Source: Macrostomum hystrix
Lineage: Eukaryota; Animalia; Platyhelminthes
DNA: 64,000 nucleotides
Direction: 5' to 3'
NCBI GenBank assembly: GCA_950097015.1
Contig: CATNEN010000038.1
Location: forward strand, 3,906,001 to 3,970,000
In this document: positions 52,870-64,000 of the stretch, in pieces
Position numbering within the stretch: the first letter of the stretch is position 1
Layout of the letters: each line of letters starts with the position of its first letter
Made by a program: the position numbers and the translations under genes
Notes under the pieces: model-generated
Seen by the model: the letters and a program-made list of their open reading frames with translations, nothing else
Databases searched by the model: none
What the model was told of the DNA's origin: nothing

Positions 52870-55800
52870 AATAGATATCAACTCTGAACTAAGATATCTA
52901 TCGATTCTGAGCTTAACTTTCTATCGATTTTGAGCCTAAATATCTATCAACACTGAGCCTAGATATCTACCCGTGCTGAGCCAAGATTTCTATCAATTCT
53001 AATCTTCGATATCTATCGATTCTTAGCTTAAAATTCTATAGATTTTTAAGCAATGAAGTTATCTAGATATCTATCAAATCTAAAGTACGATATCTATCCA
53101 TTCTGAGCGTAGATATCTACCAGTGCTGAGCCTAGATATCTATAAAAATGTTGAGCCTAGGAATCTATCAATTCTGAGCCTAGATAAATGACAATGCTGT
53201 GCCTAGTTATCTATAAATATTTTGAGCCTAGATAACTATCAATGCTGAGCCTAGTTTTCTATCGATTCTGAACCATTGGAATCTATCAATTCTGAGCTTG
53301 GATATCAATCAATGCTGAGCCTAGATGTCCATAAAAATTTTGAGCTTAGATATTTATCGATTCTGAGCCTAGTTTTCTATCGATTCTGAGCCTAGTAATC
53401 TATCCATTCTGGGCCTAGATAACTATCCATGCTGAGCTTTAATATCTATAGATTCTGAGCCTAGATAACTATCAATGCTGAGCCTAGGTAACTATCAATG
53501 CTGAGCCTAGATATCTATAAAAATGTTGAGCCTAGATATCTATCAATGCTGAGCCTAGATAACTATCAATGCTGAGCCTAGATAACTATCAATGCTGAGC
53601 CTAGTTATCTATAAAAATGTTGATCCTAGATATTTATCGATTCTGAGCCTAGTTTTCTATCAATGCTGAGCCTAGTTATCTATAAAAATGTTGATCCTAG
53701 ATATTTATCGATTCTGAGCCTAGTTTTCTATCAATGCTGAGCCTAGTTAACTATCAATGCTGTGCCTAGATATCTATCAATGCTGAGCCTAGATAACTAT
53801 CAATGCTGAGCCTAGAGAACTATCAATCCTAAGCCTAGATAACTATCAATGCTGAGCCTAGATAACTATCAATGCTGAGCCTAGATAACTATCAATGCTG
53901 TGCCTAGATAGCTATCAATGCTGAGCCTAGATAACTATCAATGCTGTGCCTAGAGAACTATCAATCCTAAGCCTAGATAACTATCAATGCTGAGCCTAGA
54001 TAGCTATCAATGCTGAGCCAAGGTAACTATCAATGCTGAGCCTAGGTAACTATCAATGCTGAGCCTAGGTAACTATCAATGCTAAGCCTAGATAACTATC
54101 AATGTTCAGCCTAGGTAACTATCAATGCTGAGCCTAGGTAACTATCAATGCTGAGCCTAGATAACTATCAATGCTGAGCCTAGGTAACTATCAATGCTAA
54201 GCCTAGGTAACTATCAATGCTGAGCCTAGGTAACTATCAATGCTGAGCCTAGTTATCTATAAAAATGTTGAGCCTAGATAACTATCAATCCTAAGCCTAG
54301 ATAACTATCAATCCTAAGCCTAGATAACTATCAATGTTGAGCCTAGATAACTATCAATGCTCAGCCTAGATAGCTATCAATGCTGAGCCTAGATAACTAT
54401 CAATGCTGTGCCTAGAGAACTATCAATCCTAAGCCTAGATAACTATCAATGTTGAGCCTAGATAACTATCAATGCTGAGCCTAGATAGCTATCAATGCTG
54501 AGCCTAGATAACTATCAATGCTGTGCCTAGAGAACTATCAATCCTAAGCCTAGATAACTATCAATGCTGAGCCTAGATAGCTATCAATGCTGAGCCAAGG
54601 TAACTATCAATGCTGAGCCTAGGTAACTATCAATGCTAAGCCTAGGTAACTATCAATGCTGAGCCTAGGTAACTATCAATGCTGAGCCTAGATAACTATC
54701 AATGTTCAGCCTAGGTAACTATTAATGCTGAGCCTAGGTAGCTATCAATGCTGAGCCTAGATAACTATCAATGCTGAGCCTAGTTATCTATAAAAATGTT
54801 GAGCCTAGGTAACTATCAATGCTGAGCCTAGGTAAATATCAATGCTGAGCCTAGTTATCTATAAAAATGTTGAGCCTAGATAACTATCAATGCTGAGCCT
54901 AGTTTTCTATCGATTCTGACCCTTGGAACCTATCAATTCTGAGCTTGGATATCTATCAATGCTAAGCCTAGATATCTATCAATGCTGAGCCTAGATATCT
55001 ATCAATGTTGAGCCTAGATAACTATCAATGCTGAGCCTAGATAACTATCAATGTTGAGCCTAGATAACTATCAATGCTGAGCCTAGATATCTATCAATGT
55101 TGAGCCTAGATAACTATCAATGCTGAGCCTAGATAACTATCAATGCTGAGCCTAGAAAACTATCAATGCTGAGCCTAGATAACTATCAATGCTGTGCCTA
55201 GATAACTATCAATGCTGTGCCTAGTTATCTATAAAAATGTTGAGCCTAGATAACTATCAATGCTGAGCCTAGATAACTATCAATTCTGAGCTTGGATATC
55301 TATCAATGCTGAGCCTAGATAACTATAAAAATGTTGAGCCTAGATACTATCAATGCTGAGCCTAGTTATCTATAAAAATGTTGAGCCTAGATAACTATCA
55401 ATGCTGAGCCTAGTTTTCTATCGATTCTGATCCTTGGAACCTATCAATTCTGAGCTTGGATATCTATCAATGCTGAGCCTAGATATCTATCAATGTTGAG
55501 CCTAGATAACTATCAATGCTGAGCCTAGATAACTATCATTGCTGAGCCTAAATAACTATCAATGCTGAGCCTAGAAAACTATCAATGCTGAGCCTTGATA
55601 ACTATCAATGCTGAGCCTAGATAACTATCAATGCTGAGCCTAGATAACTATCAATGCTGAGCCTAGATAACTATCAATGCTGAGCCTAGTTATCTATAAA
55701 AATGTTGAGCCTAGATAACTATCAATCCTAAGCCTAGATAACTATCAATGCTAAGCCTAGGTAACTATCAATGCTAAGCCTAGATAACTATCAATGCTGA

Positions 55801-56010
55801 GCCTAGGTAACTATCAATGCTGAGCCTAGATAAATATCAATTCTGAGCTTGGATATCTATCGATGCTGTGCCTAGATATCTATCAATGTTGAGCCTAGAT
55901 CTCTATAAAAATGTTGAGCCTAGAAATCTATAAGAATGTTGAGCCTAGATATGGATTGATTCTGAGCCTAGGAATCTATTAATTCTAAGCCTAGATATCT
56001 ATCAATGCTT
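52870..56010. repeat. 23-bp satellite (with 25-bp variants) inside Helitron unit 6
   Basis: Unit GCTGAGCCTAGATAACTATCAAT, with a homogeneous centre and degenerate edges. Confidence 0.95.
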
Positions 56011-57817
56011 TTGCAAGTAAGTAAGCAAGTAAGCAAGTAAGTAAGCAAGTATAATCAACAAATGTTACTTGCTGCCAAGAAAGGCCGATCACTTGAATCA
56101 ATTCAGTTCTCAGCTGTTGCCTTTGGAGTATGCTGTGATGTGAATGAATCTGCTATAATTGAAATCTGCTATATCTGCTAAATGAGTTTGAATAAAACTC
56201 AATAAATAAAAATAAAAAAATATCTCAGTGCCGAACAGATAACAGAAGCCAGCTCAGCCTGTGCACATTGGGCAGTAATTATCTCGCCAGTGGGGTTGAC
56301 ACAGCTATGCACATTTGGGTGAGAAATTCCTTATCAGTACGCTCGCCTAACAAAACTGGCTTTGATGCAATCATTAAATTTGGCACTGGAGCCTCACTGT
56401 GCACAAGCTGAAAACAAGAATGCATTAGAAAAGCCTATTTAAAACGGTTTTTCGAATATTTAATCCCCTTGGCAATGGAATTAAGCTTAATAAAATTACG
56501 TGTACCGATTCCGGCCCATTTGTGATCTTTTGGCGAAGGAATTGCGAAAATCGGTTGAGCCGTTCGGGAGCTAGTCGATTGCAAACATACAAGCAAGCAA
56601 GCAAGCAAGCAAGATTTTCATTTTTAGTATATAAGATTTCATCTGTAAATGACAGACATATTTAGGAGTGTCAAAGACAGACCTTGTTGCGATAGCATCG
56701 ATTTAAACGAGAATGCTGAAAGGCACTATCGGAAATTTTATTCTTGAAGTAGAAGCTTTCCGTTACCTTGATATTTTTTGTAACGGACTGACAGTTAATT
56801 ACGATGAGGTTTGCAGCACTGAAAAAGGGTAAAACTTGATCAATTTGGCGTTCTGCCTACGAACAAATCTAATTTGCCCTTCGTTTGGTAGATGCGCCTC
56901 AGCTACAGTGCTAAACCAGGAACCCTTATCGCGTTTCTCATCAACCTTTCTGTTGTTTTTGCAACTCTATTTTCATAGATTCAGTCGGAAATTATTCGGC
57001 CGGCAATATCTTAGGAGTTTCGAGGGCAGGAAATAAGTTGCGCATGAGTTAAACAATAAATATACCGTCAGATTATGATGCTGCCAGAGAGACAGAAACA
57101 ACAAGCACTAGGCAAGCCGGCCTCGAAATCCGTGTAGGAGCTGGGCCAGCTCAGTTACTTTCGCCCCCACAATCGAATCAGACAACCGCCCCGACTTCCC
57201 CGCCGAGCCTGTATTCCTTGTCTTGCCTCGATGCCCGCGGCGAAGCTCCTATCCAGAGCAAATGGGCTTGCCCTGATTAATTCCCTACTGAATGCTGCAT
57301 CGCAGAAGTTCATTCATATTTATAGTCGTCCTGTATTTCCTGAGGTACCCATTGCCTCAAGGATGAAGGCGTGGTCGTAATTGGTCTGCCAGGTTAATTA
57401 GCATGACAATGATGATTGGCACGGTAGTTTCGACGCCATTGGTTAGTTAACAGCATAGTTAACTCCTATAACTGGTTACCAAACCTTGCTGATATTTTCT
57501 GTTTTCATTTTCAGGGGCCTAATGTACTCTTGAAGTCAAACTAAGTGAATCGCTGTAGTAGACTGTAGACTCCCGAGTCGGGAGCCGGTTTGCTAAATCA
57601 GAAGTTGAAGCATTGAACTCAGGCATTGAACCTTGCAATCTATTATCGATATGAGAGATAGCTTGGCTTAACACGATGTGCATGCGCAAGATGTACATTG
57701 GGTACGCGTACATTAGTGATCCGATTTATATGGTCATATACAAGCGAGAACGACAATCACAGAGGGTAAGAGAGGGAGTAAAACATATGCTATGCTTGTT
57801 AAAACTTTTTTTTGTTG

Positions 57818-60110
57818 AACAACAACAACAACAACAACGCTGTCAGGTGGAAAAAAGCAGCGTCACAGTGCACGCTTCAGAGCCTGGGCGCGAACAAAGG
57901 CCGCACGCCGGCAGTGTCCGGGGCGCCAGAATCGGCTAGCAGGCAGTCGACGAAACGCCGAGTTCGGGCCTGGCCGCACCGGTAGAGTGCCTGCAGCGTT
58001 AGCAGCAGCACCTCCTGCACCGGCTACGGGCAGTAAGACTCGGCGCGGATGATGCGGCCTGCCAGCTGGAGTCGCCGAAGTCGCAGCAGTTCACTTGGAC
58101 GGGCCAGGCCGGCGCGGCGATAGAGTGCCGCGTTAGTGATCCGCTATGATCGTCGCTGATCTTAAAGGCGGCGCGCAGCAGGCCAGCGTGCGCCGCGTTG
58201 ACTTGCTGTTCGAGCGAATCCGTCAGCGTCCAGGTCTCGGCGTTGTACAACAAGACGGTCTCGACCACCGCCTGGAACAGCGCCGCCCTCTGGCGATCAG
58301 GTAGGGACTCGGACTGCAGGACCGCCCGCCCTCACAGAACGAAAGGCGGCCCAAACGTACCGGCGGTGGACCTCAGGTACCAGACCGCCGAGGTAGACGA
58401 ACTGCTGACAGCGCGGAAGCTCCGTTACATGCCCGTCAGCGCCTCTGCTGAAAATTGCGGCCTCGATGTCACCCGTCAAGCTGAGCACAACGGTCTTCTT
58501 CGTGTTGACCAACAGGCCGATACTCGCTGCAGTGCTAAGCAGCTAGTCCAACTGGCGCTGGGCGCCCTCTACAGTCGAGGACAGCAAGGCGAGGTCATCG
58601 GCGTAGCCAAGCACGCTGGGCCGTTTCTCCGGTTGACGTCGACCCACGCGTCGCCGCAGTAGGAAGCCGTCTTCGTCGGTAGGAAGAGCAGTTCGTTGCA
58701 CCCATTCAAGCACCAGGACGAACAGGAACGGCGCTAGAGTGGCCCCCTGGAGCACCCCGGAGGATGTCTCGAAGGAGTCCGAAAGGCCGTCCGGCGTCAT
58801 CACAACTGCTCTCGTAGCACAGTACAACGCCATGATGGCGGAGATAAGCTATTCTGGCACATGGTACGCGCGGAGCACATGTAGGAGCGGAGCCCTCGCA
58901 ACCGAGTCGAATGCCTTCATGAAGTCAATGAAGACAACAATCAGGTCCAACTGGCGCGTGCGCGCCTCCTCGATGATTCGATGATTCGTCGAAGAGCTAG
59001 GATCTGCGTCACTGTGCCACGGTGGGGCCGAAACCCGTTCTGCTCAGGTCGCAGGTAGGGATCCAGTGCGGTTTGCAACCGCGATAGCAGCATCCAGTTG
59101 AACAAGGAGAGGTTGAGAGGTTGTAGCCGTGCAGTGCCCAGCTTCTTTGGAATGGCGATGATGTGCGCCATGGTCCACTCGGTGAGTGCCACCTCACCGG
59201 AGAGCACGCGGTTCATCACACGGGCGACCTCACTGGCCACACAGTGGATGCGCAGCGCCTCGATGGGCACCTCGTCCGGACCCAGCGCCTTGCCACCCGG
59301 CGTCTGGGCGAGCATCACGACTTCAGCCATGGTGACTGGTGCAACGTTAAAACTGTCCTCTGACGGCAACGGCGTCTCTGGCGGCAGCGTCAAGTTGTTG
59401 GACAGCGGGGGTGGCGGCGCGTTGACTATGGCGTCGAAGAACTCGCGTAGCTCGTTCCTGCGCTCATCCGCAGTGTCGCCTGCTAGATTCAGTTGAATGC
59501 GCCGCTTCCGCCCTGTCAGAGCATTAATGGCGGACCAGGCCACGCGCCCTCTGGCGTCGGGCCCAGCGGCAGAGACAGCCTGGACAACTTCATCAACTGC
59601 GGCCTGCTGCCGCTGCAGATAGACAGTCGCCAGAGCCTCCTCCGCCTCGCGAGTAGGTCGCCTGCTCAGACGGAGCTCTTCCAGATCTTCCCTCGCTTGC
59701 TTAATAGCGGGATCATCCTGCCAGACCGGCTGCCCACGCTGGGACGGTTGCATCAACGGGACCGCTCGTTCCGCGGTGGCTCGTACTGCGTCGCTCAAAT
59801 CCGCGTACTCGGCACCTCCACGCTTGCCGACGAGCGCAGTGATGAAGGCTAGCGAAGTGGCAGTGCGTTTCGGCGTCTCTGAGACCGCAGTAGTAGCGCC
59901 GCGGTGGCCGCTTTGCCGGACGGTAGAGCGGATCGCGTAGCTCGAGGTCGCAGATGAGAAGCCGATGATCGAACGGGAGCGCAGAAGCACGTGGTCGATC
60001 AGTGCTAGCCTCCGTGTAGCGAACCGGCCGCGCGCATTCCGCCGCCTCCGTTTGCAGCCCACGAAAGTCGCGAGCCTGCAAGGAAGGAAGAGCAGCGATA
60101 GCTCTGCTGC
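57818..60110 (-). mobile_element. Decayed, 5'-truncated RTE-type non-LTR retrotransposon
   Basis: RT motifs LRPEQNGFRP, GVLQGATLAPFLF, LGYADDLALL, VNTKKT, FVYLGG and LLYNAETWTLT. Frameshifts are present. (GTT)n 3' tail at 57818-57838. Confidence 0.9.
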
Positions 60111-60244
60111 AGTCTCGGGCCGAGACTACTTTTGTTCAGTATACTTATTGGTATTTGAGCAGGGTGTCGCATATTTACTTTTGTATCCTATCTTATTAAA
60201 TTATATTCCATTGGATCAACGCATACATGTAAGCTGAGTTTATG

Positions 60245-60825
60245 GGTTTTTCAACTTCTATTTCAAACTAACTAACCTCAGTTTCGCCCGCGTGGAGGGG
60301 GATGTTCGTGTGTACCCGATTAGTAACTTCAATTTCGTCCGCGAGACCGGCCTGCCCAAGTTAGAGTAAATAAATTTCACAAAATGTAACTTCTATTTCT
60401 TCTCTTCAGCTCAGCGATTTGTGTTTGCGTCCGCTCTGTGAAATACGGATTTTGTACTTGTCTTTGATCTTCGCCGACGCCGCCACCGACTCCACCGCAA
60501 TCCAATTATAATAATTCTGTCGAGTGTCTAGGATTTATGGCCCATGTGAATTTATGACCAAATAGCACAGAATCATAATAAAAAAGTCTGCTAATTGGAT
60601 AGCGCCGACACTTTCACATCCAGCCGCTCTTGAAGCTCCAATCTTATTGGAGCGACGATACGAGCTCTTTTTGTTGGTTGTCTCCCACTTTGGTGTCTTG
60701 CCTGAGACGTTAAAAGTATATTGAAAGTACAGGCTCATCATGGCCTATATTAATGTTTGAAGCCGGATGAAAAAAATGCAAGACGAAATTGAAGTTACTT
60801 TAGTTTGAAATAGAAGTTGAAAACC
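60245..60825. mobile_element. MITE-like element with about 45-bp TIRs
   Basis: The left end GGTTTTTCAACTTCTATTTCAAACTAACTAACCTCAGTTTCGCC matches the reverse complement of the right end GGTTTTCAACTTCTATTTCAAACTAAAGTAACTTCAATTTCGTC. Confidence 0.7.
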
Positions 60826-61275
60826 AATAGCATTATTTCACCTATTTTTATAAGATTGTGTGGTTACAACTAAAATAATGGGTATAGTGTTGTTTAATCA
60901 ATGACTTAATACAGTAAATGACGGACATCTCATCCGTTCTGTAAAGCTCTGATTGAAAGTATTGTTCTTTATTCCATACTCCAAGTTAGTCCAAGTATGG
61001 ACAGCAATTATGCTCGGTCGGAGATACTTACTATACGGAATTAAAAAGAGAGAAATTCAGTACTGATACTGTTTCGACAGCCGATCAGAATTCGTCATCG
61101 CCAAATTTTAATTGGAACTGACAGCACATGAAAAAATGCAATGAAAACGCAAATACGAGATTCAGCATTTTTAATAAACTGGACTCAAAGGGTGTGAAAG
61201 TATGCTTGGACTCAGCCATTTATGTATTTTTTTCAAGCCCCATTAGATTATCAAACAATTGTTTCAAGCCCCGAT

Positions 61276-61800
61276 CAAAGGCGCGACCAGTCTGGGATGA
61301 GCTGGCCCGGAGAGGGTCCGCCATGCAGCAAGACCCCCAGCCAGTCCCCGTGTCGGCCGCCAGGGCCGCCCTCCGTCGCCAGGGACGAGCGGCCGAATTG
61401 GCTGAGTATAACCAGCTGGTTCCGGCGGACCACCCCCACAGGCTCTGCGGCGGAGCGCAGTTCATCCACCGGCCAGGCTGGCCGCGGACGGCCGAGGTGG
61501 CGCTGTACCAGCTTCGGGCCAACCGGGCGCCCTTCCTGCAGGCCACCCGGCATCGCTGGGGCCGCGACCCAACCGCTGCCTGCCCGCACTGCAATGCCCC
61601 CGAAGAAGACACCCGGCATTTCCTGTTAGACTGCCCCAGGTGGGCGGAGGAGCGCCGGCTTCACATCCCAGAGGCTATCAACGGCTCTATGTCCCCACTG
61701 CAGAACGACCCAGAAGGGGTGCGGGCCTTCGTCGAGGCGTCGGGCGCGCTGGCGCGCCCCCCGTATGCCTAGCGAGGGATCCGAACCAACACACACACAC
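61276..61800 (+). mobile_element. 3' fragment of a non-LTR retrotransposon (C-terminal CCHC zinc-finger region of ORF2)
   Basis: Abrupt GC-rich block encoding LYQLRANR...CPHCNAPEEDTRHFLLDCP, followed by a stop and a (CA)n tail. Confidence 0.75.
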
Positions 61801-61924
61801 CAGTCTGGGAAACCATGAATTGGTATGCCGCTTTCTTGACTATATATCGTAATTGTTATTCTCCGTTTTTGATTTTCAATTTTCGAAGCGCAGTCATTCT
61901 CTAAAATATGATTCTCGAAATTAT

Positions 61925-62205
61925 TGTGCAACTTGCGTGCGCAATGTGCAACTGACGTGCATAATGTGTAACTGACGTGCACAATGTGCAACTGACCTAC
62001 ACAATGTGCAACTGACGTGCACAATGTGCAACTGACCTACACAATGTGCAACTGACGTGCACAATGTGCAGCTGACCTACACAATGTGTAACTGACGTGC
62101 ACAATGTGCAACTGACCTACACAATGTGCAACTGACGTACACAATGTGCAACTGACGTACACAATGTGCAACTGACCTACACAATGTGCAACTGACGTGC
62201 ACTAT
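61925..62205. repeat. 20-bp minisatellite, about 14 copies
   Basis: Unit ACAATGTGCAACTGAC(GTGC/CTAC). Confidence 0.92.
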
Positions 62206-62689
62206 GTGTGGACAATCCAAATCTCGACCGAAATAAAAAACGTACTATATAGACATCTGAAGCATTATCTAAGAAAGAAATTTAGATCTCCCATGCATCA
62301 GGGGAACGGTTCCTCAGTCAATAATTGTATGGTATTTCCCTCTCGTTGCGAACGTCTCGCGCAATGTCTGAAACTGCGAGACATGCATTGTATAAAAAAT
62401 GTGGGCAAGCATCAATTAGTTAACTGCCTTTTCTGTCACAGTCAAATTTGCACCTATCCAAATCATTTTCAGCGGCGCAAAACCTAAACTTCATAATCCA
62501 GATAAAATCTGTCCATTACTTCCAGTAATTGTAGGGTAGGTTAATATGAAGCACGAATTCAAGTTAATGGCCAAGGGCACGAGTGCGCGTACATATTAGC
62601 TGCATTGATTGAATTGTCTATGGGTGAAAAGGCGGAAAAGAAAATATCGATGCGTACACTTTATGTCAAGTGAATCAGTACCCACGTTA

Positions 62690-63620
62690 TTTCTATTTCA
62701 ATCTAAAAAAGCAGGTCGGATCAATCTACTCTCCAGCAAAACGCTTATATGCATTCGGGCCGGCATTCAACGTTTTCTGCGGATGGTTTTGAAACGATTG
62801 GTTGACATAATCAATGAGGAATTTCGATCGAGCAACGAAATGCTGCGCGTATGGGTGCGTGAATTCCATCGAGCTGGACTGAACACTAAAGAGAATGAGC
62901 CAATCGAGACTGGTGATATGCGAAAGCTTGCATGTTACTTTGAGGGAGGTACGGCAGTGGCAGAGCAGGGCAAATTTCTGTCTTTATGTCCTTTATTGCT
63001 TGGGCGAAGGAGGCCAAGAGCACCTGCAGCATCTGACACGACGAGATGTATTGGATCTGCACACCGACTCTGATGGCATGGAGTTCTACTGTCTCCCGCC
63101 TCTTCCATCTAAGAATGAGTCCGCGGATCCAGTGAGAAGTAAACCAAAACCCGACAACAAGCAGGCAAGGATTTACGATACTGAAAAGGTACGACGGCAT
63201 CTAGACCTTCTACCAGCTGAAACCAAGTATAACCATCTATTTCCTCGGCCACTGGCAAACTTTGCGAACGGAAGTCCTACGTATTCAACGACGCAGAATC
63301 GCGGTGTCAATTATCTTGTTCGATTCATGCATAACTTGAGGGAGAAGGCTGGGCTATCAAAGATGTATTCCAACCACTGCATCAGGTAATAAGACTAGTT
63401 TTTTTATCTCGAAAATAACAGATCTTAGACCTTTAATTTATGAGCTCGTATCTGAGACAAAACATTATAAACTACATGTATTAGTAATGTAATTATCATT
63501 GATCATATTTTCTTAGGGTCACCAGGATTACGGATCTAGAGGCCGCGGGACATAGCATGGCCGACAATATGTCCATCACCGGCCGAGGACATTTACATGA
63601 AGTGACATTTCGATCAATAC
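62690..63620 (+). pseudogene. Crypton-type (DUF3504) tyrosine recombinase remnant with a spliceosomal intron
   Basis: TLICIRAGIQRFL, DIINEEFRSSNEML, then after a frameshift GGQEHLQHL...LHTDSDGMEFY...GVNYL...AGLSKMYSNHCIR. A GT-AG intron at 63386-63516 continues into VTRITDLEAAG...MSITG, matching the YTNHSLRAT...TGH region. Confidence 0.75.
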
Positions 63621-64000
63621 CAGCTCTTTTGATTTTTTTGTTTTCCCTTGAAAAATGGAGTGAGATTAAACAATTAGAGATTTTATCAGCGAAGACAATA
63701 TTTTTGGCCAATCTGTAATCCTTGTCAATTCGAGATTCCTTTGAAAATTTGTTTCAGTAAAGTTTTTCGCTTGCCCAATTATTCCTGTCTCCCACAGAAA
63801 ATACGAGTTCCATACCTTTTTGGTACAATTACAAGCGACGCTTAAACGTGAATCAAAGCTATAAGGGTCGCCCTTTCATCTCAGGATGTCAGAGCAAGTG
63901 AAGCCATGTGCTGTTAGATCCAAGTGCCAACCCATTTCTTGAAGTGCGACTGCATGGCAAATTTGGAAAAGGCGCATTGGGACGGGTCTTTGTGCATTTT

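Larger units (their letters stand above)
48184..56636 (-). mobile_element. Head-to-tail array of six non-autonomous Helitron units
   Basis: On the minus strand the array begins A|TC at 56636 and ends hairpin + CTAG|T at 48184. Internal junctions read CTAG-TC. Short units are 48184-48526, 48527-48869, 48870-49215 and 49216-49567. Long units are 49568-52792 and 52793-56636. Each unit has a (CAAG)n or (ACAT)n microsatellite near its 5' end. Confidence 0.85.

Overview
Eukaryotic (metazoan) genomic DNA with GT-AG introns, GC-rich exons and many minisatellites. The composition resembles a free-living flatworm such as Macrostomum, but that is inference only. The first 26 kb hold two tandem orphan coiled-coil genes and a mirror-symmetric cluster of four secreted CUB-LDLa-trypsin protease genes (one a pseudogene) around a 3-exon full-length ABCA transporter. 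The protease exons appear to be homogenised by patchy gene conversion while their introns have diverged. The middle holds a U5 snRNA with a decayed APE-RT LINE starting about 30 nt downstream on the same strand, a divergent class A GPCR, and a hAT-type non-autonomous element with an 8-bp TSD (a second one lies at 6.7-7.7 kb). From 42 kb on the window is mostly repeats: 21- and 69-bp satellites, an 8.4-kb head-to-tail array of six non-autonomous Helitron units (two carry satellite arrays and different 3' hairpins), a decayed RTE-type LINE, a LINE 3' fragment and an intron-containing Crypton/DUF3504 tyrosine-recombinase remnant. All alignments were done by eye.
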